From the NCBI GenBank assembly GCA_001600695.1, contig BCKQ01000001.1, forward strand, positions 1,279,949 to 1,343,948: a DNA stretch of 64,000 bases, written 5' to 3'. Position 1 is the stretch's first letter, and each line of letters begins with the position of its first letter. Below the pieces are notes generated by a model. That model worked only from the letters and a program-made list of their open reading frames with translations. It ran no database searches and was not told where the DNA came from. Made by a program: the position numbers and the translations under genes. Shown piece by piece: positions 33,168 through 43,800 of the stretch. This stretch comes from Ascoidea asiatica JCM 7603. Its lineage: Eukaryota; Fungi; Ascomycota.

Positions 33168-33753
33168 ATGAATACTCCAAGATCTTTCTGGTAAGCAAGA
33201 TGCTTTTTTTTTTTGTTAAATTTTTGTAATATGAGTCGTTTTCATTAAGAAAAATAATATTATTTAAAATAAGTAGGAAAAATAAGAACTTTAAAACTGA
33301 CATCATCTATTTTTGCTTTTGCTTTTGGAATTGGAATTAAAATAGGGCAGGTATGGGTCTTATCACCGCAGTAGGTGTTGGATCTTTAATATATGCAAAA
33401 AAGTATGTTTATTATTATTGAATAAACTAATGTTATAAATAATTAATTAATACTAACTAATTTATTTTTTCATTAGACAAATTAATACAAGAAGAGAAAC
33501 TCAATATAGACCAAGTCATAAAAGTTGGGAAGATCTTAAAGATCAACATGATGGTTTTGATAGTTCCAAGGTAAAACCAGGTTTTCCTGAATCAAGTGGA
33601 GTTCAACGTAAAAGTGAATATCAAGGAGGTGGAGATGCTTATACTGTAAGTTTTTTTTTTTTTGCTAAAATACAATAAAATCAACAATTGCAATCATACT
33701 AACATTTAACTTGTTTTTATTAGTCTCGTAAACCTGGGGATAAGTTTTCTTAG
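33168..33753 (+). CDS. COI1: Small mitochondrial membrane protein Coi1 (YDR381C-A/DUF4748-like), 4 exons (33168-33190, 33346-33402, 33477-33645, 33724-33753), 92 aa
   Basis: Introns GTAAGC/ACTGAC/TAG, GTATGT/TACTAAC/TAG and GTAAGT/TACTAAC/TAG splice to MNTPRSFWAGMGLITAVGVGSLIYAKKQINTRR...VKPGFP...RKSEYQGGGDAYTSRKPGDKFS. This matches recalled Coi1 motifs VKPGFP, RKSKYEG and RKRGDK. Confidence 0.88.
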
Positions 33754-34047
33754 AGAAAAGTAATTTCAAAAAATTATAATAATCATAATCATAATAATGG
33801 ATGTTTGTAAATAAATACCAAATAGTCATTTTACTAATATAGAGAAAAAAAGTTCAAATTTGTTTTTGTTTTGTTCTGTATATATTTTCATTTTCAACAA
33901 TTTTTCGTAATCAGCTCTTCTCTAAATTCTTCAATAAGTTCTTGAATAAAAAACTAATTATTGTTTAGTTGTTAGATAATAATTTCATCTTTTGTAGCTT
34001 TGATTGTAAATTATCATTGAAAAAAGTGGTTTATTGGATGATCTTGG

Positions 34048-34095
34048 CAGGGTAACCCATTTTCCCGAAACGATCTTATACGAGACCCTTTACGA
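34048..34095. promoter_or_regulatory. Sterol regulatory element (Upc2/Ecm22) cluster and Reb1-like site in the ERG27 promoter
   Basis: TATACGA (reverse TCGTATA) 34077-34083, flanked by AAACGA and TTTACGA; CAGGGTAA at 34048. Confidence 0.7.
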
Positions 34096-34247
34096 AGATC
34101 TCGAATTGAATCTTGGAAACAAACGCAGAGCTGGAGAAGTGAGGAACTGAATTTATTTGATTAAATTATGGATTTTAATGCTTTATTAAATTGAAAAGAG
34201 AATATAGAATAGTCCAATATCGTTTATCAATCATCATTACAATAATA

Positions 34248-35309
34248 ATGGAGACTCCTAAAAGATTAGTAACTATAATTACTGGAACTAATAGTAATCT
34301 TGGGTTAAATATTGCTTATAGATTCTTGAAAACAGCTCCAGAAGATGCAAGAATTACAATTATTGTAACTTCAAGAACATTACCAAGAGCAAATGAAGTT
34401 ATTCAATTGATCAAAAAATATCATAATGAAAAATTAAAAAGATCTGGATCTTTAGATTTCGATTATCTTTTAATCGATTTTACTGATATGATATCAATAT
34501 TAACAGGAATTTATGAATTAAAAAAAATTTATTCAGAAATTAATTATCTTTTTATAAATGCTGCTCAAGGTGTATTTTCTGGAATTGATTGGATCCAAGC
34601 TACAAAAGATGTAATTACAAAACCATTAGAAGCTGTAACTGCTCCAACTTATAAAATTCAAAAAATTGGTATAAAATCAAAAGATAATTTAGGTTTAGTA
34701 TTTCAAGCAAATGTATTTGGTCCATATTATTTTATAAGTAAATTAAAATTATTATTATCAAAAGGTAATGCAAGAATCATATTAATATCAAGTTTAATGT
34801 CTGATCCAAAATATTTATCAATGAATGATATTCAATTAATTAAATCAAATGTTTCTTATGAAGGTTCAAAAAGATTACTTGATCTTTTACATTTATCATA
34901 TTATAAAGAATTAAATGAATTAAATATAACTGAATATTTAGTTAATCCAGGAATTTTTATAAGTTTTTCATTTGGTAAATTTTTAAATTTTTTAACATAT
35001 TATGGTATGATTGCATTATTTTATTTTGCAAGAATTTTAGGATCTCCATGGCATAATATTCATGGTTTTATGGCAGCAAAATCACCAGTATTTGCAGCTT
35101 TAGAAGCAAATCCAACTTTTGATAAACAAGATGTAAAATATGGTTCTGCATGTACTTTAACAGGTAAAGAAATTTTAAAAATTTCTGAAATTGATAAAAC
35201 AAATAGTGAATTTGTTTTGAATTATATGAAAACTTTGGAAAAAGAATGGGATCAAAAATTAGAAACTGAAAATTATCGTACCGATACAAGAAAAGAATAT
35301 CCGGATTAG
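34248..35309 (+). CDS. ERG27: 3-keto-steroid reductase
   Basis: ITGTNSNLGLNIAYRF, TSRTLPR, VFQANVFGPYYF, YEGSKR (SDR YxxxK) and GSPWHNI; first ATG at 34248. Confidence 0.96.
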   Translation: METPKRLVTIITGTNSNLGLNIAYRFLKTAPEDARITIIVTSRTLPRANEVIQLIKKYHNEKLKRSGSLDFDYLLIDFTDMISILTGIYELKKIYSEINYLFINAAQGVFSGIDWIQATKDVITKPLEAVTAPTYKIQKIGIKSKDNLGLVFQANVFGPYYFISKLKLLLSKGNARIILISSLMSDPKYLSMNDIQLIKSNVSYEGSKRLLDLLHLSYYKELNELNITEYLVNPGIFISFSFGKFLNFLTYYGMIALFYFARILGSPWHNIHGFMAAKSPVFAALEANPTFDKQDVKYGSACTLTGKEILKISEIDKTNSEFVLNYMKTLEKEWDQKLETENYRTDTRKEYPD

Positions 35310-35494
35310 CACGTGCGACCAGGTCTGTCTTAAATCAAAAAATCGGATGATGATGTCAATTTAAACCTATTTATATCTTTATATTCCTACAATTATCAAT
35401 TATCAATTATCATTTATATTAAATATTTTTATATATCTTACAATAAATTAACATTCAATTCAATTAAACTAACTAGATTCTTTTTAAGCATTCA

Positions 35495-36283
35495 ATGATG
35501 ATTAGAAATTTCAAAAAGCCAATTGTTCCATTGGCTACACTTTTAATTCTTGCACTTTTATTTTTTATAACTAAAAATAATACTACAAATGATTTAGATT
35601 TTCCAGCACCATTAAAATCAGAAAATATTCAAACAACATTAACACCAATGAAAAAGAAACCATTTAAGAAAATTAATAATGATAATGATGAAATAGATAT
35701 AAATTCCAATGAGAAATCAACAAATTTACCAAATATAGTTTTAACACCATTTATGCCAAAAATGGAAAATCAAACTTTAAGAGCAGAAATAGGGAGAGCA
35801 ACATGGACATTATTTCATAATATACTTGCAAGATATCCAGAAATTCCAAAAGCTGAAGAAAAAGAAACAACTAATCAATTTATTAATTTATTTGTTAAAG
35901 TTTATCCATGTGGAGATTGTGCAGAACATTTTCAAAGATTAATTGAAAAATTTCCACCACAACTTGATAGTAAACAAAATGCAGCATTATGGGGATGTGA
36001 TTTACATAATAAAGTTAATAATTTTTTAAAAAAACCAATTTATGATTGTACGAATATTTTAAATGATTATGATTGTGGTTGTGGACCAGAAGAAGGAGAT
36101 GATAATGATGATTTTAATTTTGCTAAAAAGGATAAAAATAAAAAAATCATTCAAGATAAAAATGGAAAATCTCAAGAAAGTATGAAAATGGCATCAGATA
36201 AAGAAGATTTAGAAAATGAAGTTGTTGATCATAGAAAGAGTATTAAGATTGAAGAAGTTGAAAATGAACAAAGAGGTGGTTAG
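35495..36283 (+). CDS. ERV2: ER FAD-linked sulfhydryl oxidase
   Basis: N-terminal signal anchor, GRATWTLFH, YPCGDCAEHF, WGCDLHNKVN and the Erv2-specific YDCGC shuttle. Confidence 0.95.
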   Translation: MMIRNFKKPIVPLATLLILALLFFITKNNTTNDLDFPAPLKSENIQTTLTPMKKKPFKKINNDNDEIDINSNEKSTNLPNIVLTPFMPKMENQTLRAEIGRATWTLFHNILARYPEIPKAEEKETTNQFINLFVKVYPCGDCAEHFQRLIEKFPPQLDSKQNAALWGCDLHNKVNNFLKKPIYDCTNILNDYDCGCGPEEGDDNDDFNFAKKDKNKKIIQDKNGKSQESMKMASDKEDLENEVVDHRKSIKIEEVENEQRGG

Positions 36284-36556
36284 ATTATATATATCTTTAT
36301 TATTTATTTTCTCATGAATTTACATTTATATAAACAACAAAAAGATGAAGAAGAAGAAGTTTAATAAACTTTTAAAACATATTTTATTTTTGATTTATAT
36401 CCATATTTAAAACTAATAATTATACTAAATAAAACATGAAACTAAGATAATAATCATTTGAATGGAGTAAGTAGTAAAGGAAAGGGTAGAGTGAAAGATA
36501 AAGGAAAAAGAGAGTAAAAAAAAAAGGGGGAAAAAGATGAAAAGAAAGTAAGTTAT

Positions 36557-37795
36557 TTAATCACTTTCTTCTTCACTTTCACTTTCACTTTCAGCTTCTT
36601 CTAACCATTTTAAGAATGGTTTTGCAGCTTTTCTAACTTTTTTACTTGTTGATTTATCAACATATTTTTTACTAACAGTTGTACCAAAATTTTTAATTGA
36701 ATTTTCACTAATAATTTCATTATCATATAATTTAAATAAAATTTTTGTTAAACTTGGAATTAATTCAGGATAATTAATACCAAGAAATCTTTCAAGACCA
36801 CCTAAAAATGATTTTTCTGCTTTAATTTTACCATCATCACAATCTTTAATCATTCTAATTAATAAACCAGAATGTGGTTCAATTTCATTAATAATATCTT
36901 TTGTAAATAAAGCTTGAGCTAAAACTGTTAAAGTTTTATCAGTACCAATAATATTTAATGAAGAAATTTTTTTATAAATTTCTATATCACTTGGTTTCGG
37001 ATTTGATTCAATTAACCATTCACCAAAAGTATCATAATCATCAGAAATATTTAATTTTTCTAATTCTTGAGCACGTTTTGCAATTGCTTCCGGAGACATA
37101 TCAACAGCCCAATTATCATCAAGAGTTGAGATTGTTGAAACTTTTGCAGCTTCAGCAGCTTCTTTATCAAGAGTTTTAGTTACAGCATCATCATCATCAT
37201 CATCATTATTATTATTATTATTATTATTATTAATACCATTTTCAGAACCATTATTTGAAGAAGAAGCAGTAGATTTATGAGAAGTTACAACATCAGATAA
37301 ATTACCTGCACCAACATAAGCAGAAGCAGTTGCAGATTTTTTACCTTTTGATTTTTCTGGAGGATTTTTTTGAATATAAGAAGATAATTTATGACGTAAA
37401 TTAATTGGAGTTTGTTTACCACAAGCTTTACAAATTCTTAAAAGGTTTGAATCTTTTGCAATAAAAATTTCAGTTTCTGGATTTTTACAAGATTTACATA
37501 AAACAAATTTATTAATAAAACCATCTAATAAATCTTGTAATTTTGAAGAATCATGAGTACCATTAACTAAATAACGATCAGTACTTTCATTAATTGAAGT
37601 TTGAGCACCTAATTCAAAACCAAAATATTTTACAACATATGGAGCAGGTCTATTTAAAGCACGAGCAACTTCAGATAAATTAACAATTGCAGTTTTAATA
37701 CCATTACCTCTACCTTCAATTTTTGATTGAATTGGAGGCATTTTATAACGATAAAATGGATCAGTATTATCACGACAAATATTTATGAAAGACAT
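36557..37795 (-). CDS. TIF5: Translation initiation factor eIF5
   Basis: INICRDNTDPFYRYKMP, EGRGNGIKT, C4 zinc finger and W2 domain ending PFLKWLEEAE. Confidence 0.98.
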   Translation of the reverse strand: MSFINICRDNTDPFYRYKMPPIQSKIEGRGNGIKTAIVNLSEVARALNRPAPYVVKYFGFELGAQTSINESTDRYLVNGTHDSSKLQDLLDGFINKFVLCKSCKNPETEIFIAKDSNLLRICKACGKQTPINLRHKLSSYIQKNPPEKSKGKKSATASAYVGAGNLSDVVTSHKSTASSSNNGSENGINNNNNNNNNDDDDDDAVTKTLDKEAAEAAKVSTISTLDDNWAVDMSPEAIAKRAQELEKLNISDDYDTFGEWLIESNPKPSDIEIYKKISSLNIIGTDKTLTVLAQALFTKDIINEIEPHSGLLIRMIKDCDDGKIKAEKSFLGGLERFLGINYPELIPSLTKILFKLYDNEIISENSIKNFGTTVSKKYVDKSTSKKVRKAAKPFLKWLEEAESESESEEESD

Positions 37796-37871
37796 TTTGA
37801 GATAATTTTAAAATAATTTTGAAATAATTTTGAAATAATTTTGAAATAATTTTGAAATAATTTTGAAATAA
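37796..37871. repeat. 11-bp tandem repeat (TTTTGAAATAA) x about 7 abutting the TIF5 start codon
   Basis: Read directly; five perfect units and two variants. Confidence 0.9.
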
Positions 37872-37927
37872 GTTATTAAATGATAAGATAATATAAGAAT
37901 TATGAATTATGAATTATGAATTATTAG

Positions 37928-38284
37928 CTGGAGTTTGAAGAAAGGTTAGCTTTTATTAAAGACAAATTTATTGTTGATTGAAAGAAAAAAATTTAAAAAA
38001 AGATCTATCATAGAATTTAGATAATATGGATAAAAAGTTATGCACCATCTGAATATTTAAGGGACTAACTATATGTTAAATTTTTTTTGAAATGTTTTTA
38101 TATAATTTAAGTATCCACAGGAAAATTATTGTTAATATAAATAAATTACTTGATTGATATTATTAAATTAAAGTAAATAAAAGTCTTTTAATGATGATTT
38201 TATTGATATATTTGAAATCAGAAATAAGAAATATAAGATAAAATAAAACAGTAGAATGAAAATGAATGAATTTCAATTACTCAC
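37928..38284 (-). other. Putative 5'-UTR intron of TIF5 (357 nt)
   Basis: AG|GTGAGT donor at 38284, GCTAAC branch near 37950, pyrimidine tract and CAG acceptor at 37928. Confidence 0.5.
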
Positions 38285-38320
38285 CTCACTCGCTCATACT
38301 TCAAATACAATTCACAACAG

Positions 38321-38330
38321 TGAAAATTTT
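38321..38330. promoter_or_regulatory. RRPE element (TIF5 promoter)
   Basis: TGAAAATTTT at the edge of a GC-rich island upstream of a translation factor gene. Confidence 0.55.
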
Positions 38331-38717
38331 TGATTTATTCACACAACTGAAGAGAGAAGAAGCGAAGAAGGAGACGAGAACCACGTGCCGGCAGAGAAAA
38401 CTGGTAAGACGTGGGAAGAAGCGTGACCGAGGGTAGACCCCCTGTGGAAACCCCTTTTGTTGCTTGTTAACCCCTGCTAGAGTCAAAATATAAAGCAGTC
38501 AGATGATTAAGGGGTCTGTGTCGGGGTCTGATTATATTCTGATTATATTCGAGTTACAAGAGGAAAATAAATGCAGAGAGCAAAGAAGTGAGGAAAGTAT
38601 TCGAGTGTTCAGAATGTTTATTATTTACCAGATGATTGTATATATGCTTTGTGTTCTATAGAAGTATACATGATTATATATCACATTATCGCATTCTATT
38701 TCATTTCTAATACAAAT

Positions 38718-40352
38718 CTAATCCAAATCTTTCTCAGTTTTATCTTCAATTTTATTTTCACTTTTTTTAATATCAATGCTAAATGAGTATATGCAATTTC
38801 TGGCTCCAATACCAGGTTTAATCCATCTACCTAATCTATGTTCTTTACTAAGACTTGCAAATATTTTTATTTTTCCACTTTTAAATTTCTCATCTTCAAG
38901 TATTTTATAATTTTCATATTCTGTAATTTCAAGTGTATCTATTTTTGTTACAATTCCAAAAGCTTCATTTATACAATATTTTTTCTTAAATTCACGTAAA
39001 TTTTTATCTAATTGCCAAATAATTAATTGTCCATTCCATGATCCTGATATAAATAAATCACTAAATGGAATACTTTTAATTGATGTTATCCAATATGGAT
39101 TTCTTGGTGGGATTTCTCTTTCCCTTTTTAATGGATTTGATTCTCCACTAACTTTAATAGATTCTAATTTTGGTATTACTCCATGTGCACATCTTTTTGT
39201 AAATATTGGTTTTTTCTTTGATAATGACCAAAGTGATATTGATCCATTATCTGATCCTGTTATAAAATGTGTTGAATCAATAAAACTCACACAATCTATA
39301 GATCCTTCATTAAAAAATGGTTCTTCATCTTCATCTTTTTCTTTAAGTTCTCCATTTCCATTTTCTTTTAAATGTCTAATTTTTGCTCTTCTTTCTTTTT
39401 GATTATCTGTATCTTTAATTTCTTTCTCTTTTTCTTTTTCTTCTCCATTTTGTCCATTTTGTCCATTTTGTTTCAATTTTTTATTATTATTAATTTTTTT
39501 CTTCTTATAATCTCCACCTCTAAAAACCATTCTTGTTTCTTCAGGAATTTTCCAAAAAATTGCTGTTTTATCTCTTGATCCAACTGTCACACATTTTTCT
39601 TCATTTAATGCATCAATATCAACAACTAAATCTTGATGTCCATATAATGTTTCTAATTGTGCATAATCATTAATTGAAAATGTTCGAATTTTTAAATCTG
39701 ATGATGAAACATATAATTGATTAAATTTAGAATCTTTACGAAATGTTAATGATAAAATTTCATTCCTTTCAACTCTTTTATCTTTTAATTTATATAATTC
39801 TTTTATTGCTGTCAATGATTCACATGACCAAATTATTAATTTTCCATCTCTTCCTCCAGTTACAAGATAATTACCATCTGGTGAAACTGACATTGTTAAT
39901 ATTTCTCCATTATGATCAATTATTTTCTTAAAATTTTCTTCTTCTTCTTTTTTATTTCTAGATTTATTTTTATTTTTATTTTTAATTCTATTATTATTAT
40001 TATTATTATTACTTATAATTCCATTATAATTATGTGTTTTTATAAATTCAGATCTATGATATTTTATTAATTTCGCTTTACAATTTATATCTTTAATATT
40101 ATATTTTCCTATAGTTCCATCTTTTGATGCCACGTATGCATATGGATAACTTACTGCAATACTCTGAAGTCCATTAAATGAAACTCTTGTTAATTGTTTC
40201 TTAATCTTTGAATATTTTAAATTTAATTGATCTCCATAAAATTTATAAACTTTTCCAGAATGACTTGCAACATCATATTGTAATCTTTTTGCAATAATAT
40301 CATTATCAAGCTCCTGAGCATCAAAAAAGAATTCGTCTTGTTCAAGATCCAT
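38718..40352 (-). CDS. RRP9: U3 snoRNP WD40 protein Rrp9 (U3-55K)
   Basis: IIAKRLQYDV, QLETLYGHQD, CVTVGSRDKT..WKIPEETRMVFRG, GSDNG..WSLSKKKP, PYWITS and KEHRLGRW; RRPE-like TGAAATTTTT at 40520-40511. Confidence 0.95.
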   Translation of the reverse strand: MDLEQDEFFFDAQELDNDIIAKRLQYDVASHSGKVYKFYGDQLNLKYSKIKKQLTRVSFNGLQSIAVSYPYAYVASKDGTIGKYNIKDINCKAKLIKYHRSEFIKTHNYNGIISNNNNNNNRIKNKNKNKSRNKKEEEENFKKIIDHNGEILTMSVSPDGNYLVTGGRDGKLIIWSCESLTAIKELYKLKDKRVERNEILSLTFRKDSKFNQLYVSSSDLKIRTFSINDYAQLETLYGHQDLVVDIDALNEEKCVTVGSRDKTAIFWKIPEETRMVFRGGDYKKKKINNNKKLKQNGQNGQNGEEKEKEKEIKDTDNQKERRAKIRHLKENGNGELKEKDEDEEPFFNEGSIDCVSFIDSTHFITGSDNGSISLWSLSKKKPIFTKRCAHGVIPKLESIKVSGESNPLKREREIPPRNPYWITSIKSIPFSDLFISGSWNGQLIIWQLDKNLREFKKKYCINEAFGIVTKIDTLEITEYENYKILEDEKFKSGKIKIFASLSKEHRLGRWIKPGIGARNCIYSFSIDIKKSENKIEDKTEKDLD

Positions 40353-40838
40353 TTAATTCAGATATTTTATTGATGATATTATTAACAAATTAAAAAATAA
40401 TTATTTCTTTTTATTGTTTTTTTTATCTAAATATCAATTCTTGTTTTCATATTTTGATATTTTCATGTTTTTTGAATATGTTTTTAACTTATTTAAATTT
40501 GGAAAAAAAAAAAAATTTCAGTTTAAAAATCCGGGTTGAAAAAAAAATAAATCCATGCCGGTTTGTAACTTAATCCGCCAACGGTTAAAATATTTTTAAA
40601 ATTTATTTCACACCCACAAATTTGGTCTCATTTTTATTTTTTGTTCTGCGTTTCAATTTACAATTTTAATTTTAATTTTAATTTTAATTTTAATTTCTTT
40701 TGATTTATCTACATTAATTATTAATTATTAATTATTATTAATTATTGACTATTTTCTTAAAAAAAATGTGTATTATTCAATTGTCCAAGAGCTATATTTT
40801 AGTATTTTCTTTATTTATATAAAGTATTATTTTTAGTT

Positions 40839-43800
40839 CTACATAATCTCTTCAAAAAATTTTAAATCCCTGATTAAATAGTTTTCTTCAATTTCCACTG
40901 ATTTCCATAAAGCATTTTGTAAATATGTAAAATCATTAATTTTTTTATAAATTTCAGATAAACAAAACCATAATTTATTATTATTATAATAATAATAATC
41001 ATTAATAAAATTTTCTAATAAACATTTTACTCTTGTTAATGCAATAAGTTTGTCTTCTTCACTTAAAAATAATTTATTATAACTCAGAATTTCTGTTTTT
41101 AAATTTGAAAAATTTTTTGAAATTGATTTAGAATTATTATATTCTATACTTGTTGAAATTGTATCTTTATCATCTTCAAAATCGGAATCATCATTATCCG
41201 AATCATAAATACCATCAATATCATTATTTTTACCATAATGACTTTCTTGACTTGAAACACAAGCTAATCCTCCACTTTCAAAATCAAATCCATCATCTTG
41301 ATTTCTAGAAAAATTGAAACCTTCTGTATTATTTAATTTTAGAGATATAAGATCATCATTATCTCCTAAAATAACTTGTGCTAATCCTATAACTGCATCA
41401 AAATATTTCTCATCATTTTCTAAAATATTTTCAAATTCTTTCATTATTATTTTTTTTCTATTTTGAATATTATTCAAAATTTCCTTTTTTGATGATAAAC
41501 TTTCCAGACAATTTACACTCAATATTGAAGCAAGTTCATTATCATTTAAATTTAATAATAAATATCCAAAACATGATCTTGTTGAAGAATTGGATTGAAA
41601 AAAATTCTCTGCTTCAGTTATTGAATTTTCACTTTCATGAAAATGACCCATTTTTAAATAAAATACTGAAACAATTAAAAATATTTGTTGTAATAAAACT
41701 TTTTCAAATACAGAATTATAATTACTTATTGTTATTGGATCTGAAGAATCTGAAATATTTTTTTTATATACACTTAAACCATTACTTGATAATTGAGGTA
41801 AAGGTTCAAGATTTGAAGATTCACTTGATTTTGTTGAAGAAAAATGTCTAGATCTAGCTCTTCTTAATGATCCAATTGCATTTTTAGGTTTCAATGTAAC
41901 TTTAGTTATAGATTTAGTAAGTGAATTCATTTCTAAATCATCTGCACTAGATTTTCTTTTAGAACTTAATCTATGACTTGATGTTCCCTTCATCATCATT
42001 GATAATGAAAGAAATTTTCTTCTTTCTGAAGAATTTGGAGATATTGAACTTCCATTTTGTTCATCATTTTTTATTGATTTATTATTATTTATTGGAGAAA
42101 TTGAATGTCCATTGATATCAATAGAATTTTTTAATAATGATTTTTGTTTTTTAGTAAAATCTGGCATTAATTCATTCTTTCCATCATTAAAAAAATTATT
42201 ATAAAGATGAAATAATTCTGGTGTTCTTTCGAATGATTTTTGTAATCCTTGAAATCTTTCGCCTGCGAAAATCTCTGTAATATAAATTTGTAAAATATCA
42301 TATTTTACTTCATTAGATATTAAAATATCATCAATAATATCCATATTATTTTTTGTAAATAAATCAAGTAATTTTGATTTTGAATCTAAATAATATTCTA
42401 TTAAATCTTTTGTCTTTTGTAAAATTTGTAAAGTTTGAGTTGAATTACTATCAAATTCACCATAATTACTTGTTAAAATTAAATATGAAGTTTCATCATC
42501 AGAAGTTTTTAATGAAGATCTAGATTCAATTGAAGCAATTAAAATTATTAATAAATTCCAACCTTTAAAAAGCCATTTATTTTTTAATAATATTTGTTTT
42601 AATAAATTTATAGAATTATTATATTGAAAAAGTTTTGCAGATATTAAACAATAATCAAAATACATTGGTATTGAATTAAAATTATTTAAAATTAAAGCAT
42701 TTGTAAAATCAGTTTTTAAAATTTTATTTAATCTTTTATATATAACACATGAAGATTTAAAAGATGAATTAATATTAGTTGAATTACCATTAAATGATGT
42801 TAAATTATCTTTATAAATTATTGAATTATTTTCAGTTATTAAATTTGGCATATATTTAATTTTAAAAATTTCAGATTTCGCTATTGCATAATAACCATTA
42901 GATAATGTATTATTAATATTTTGAGGAGTTACTATTTTTTCATTTGATTTTCCATTTAAAATTAATGAAAGTATATCATTATCATTTTCATCAATAGGAT
43001 TAATTATTGTAATATTTATAGAATTTTGAACTTCTAATAAATTTTCTCTGAGAAATACTTGACATTTATCAATTAATTCAAATAAATCATTAGTTAATAA
43101 TGAATGAAATTTATTTGAATCTTCATTATTAATTTCTGAATTAGAATTAAAATTATTATAAATATGAGATAATGAAGTTGGAGAAATATTTTCAGATAAA
43201 TATATTAAAAAAGTAGAATAAATTTCAATATATGATAAAAGATCTAAATCTTTTTTATTATTACCAATTGGATCATTAATATCATTAATATCACCAATTT
43301 GATTTTCTTGATCATCTAATTCTTCTAAAACATCAGAAGAATCATTATTATTAATATTGGTGTTATTTGAATTAAGTTGAGATTTTCTATCAACTAAAAG
43401 ATTTTTTTGAATATAAAAATCATATGTTTTAAAAATAGAAATTAACTCAATTATATTATTATAGTTATTGTTATTTTTATTATTATCATTTTGATTTGAA
43501 AATGTATAAATTTTCAAAAAAATTAAATTATTCAATAATTTTGAAGATTGAAAAGTTTTTGATAAATAATTATTAATTAAATTGATTAAAGTTGAACTAT
43601 TAAATAAAGGAATATAATTTAAATTTTTTATAAGTAAATTATTATTTAATTCATCTTTACTTAAAATTATATTAAAAACATCAAAATTTTCTAAAATATT
43701 AAAATCTTTTAAATAATATTGATTAAATTTTTTAAAATAATCAAATTTATAAATATTTGTTAACAAATTTAATAAATTTTCAATTTTATAATTAAATTGA

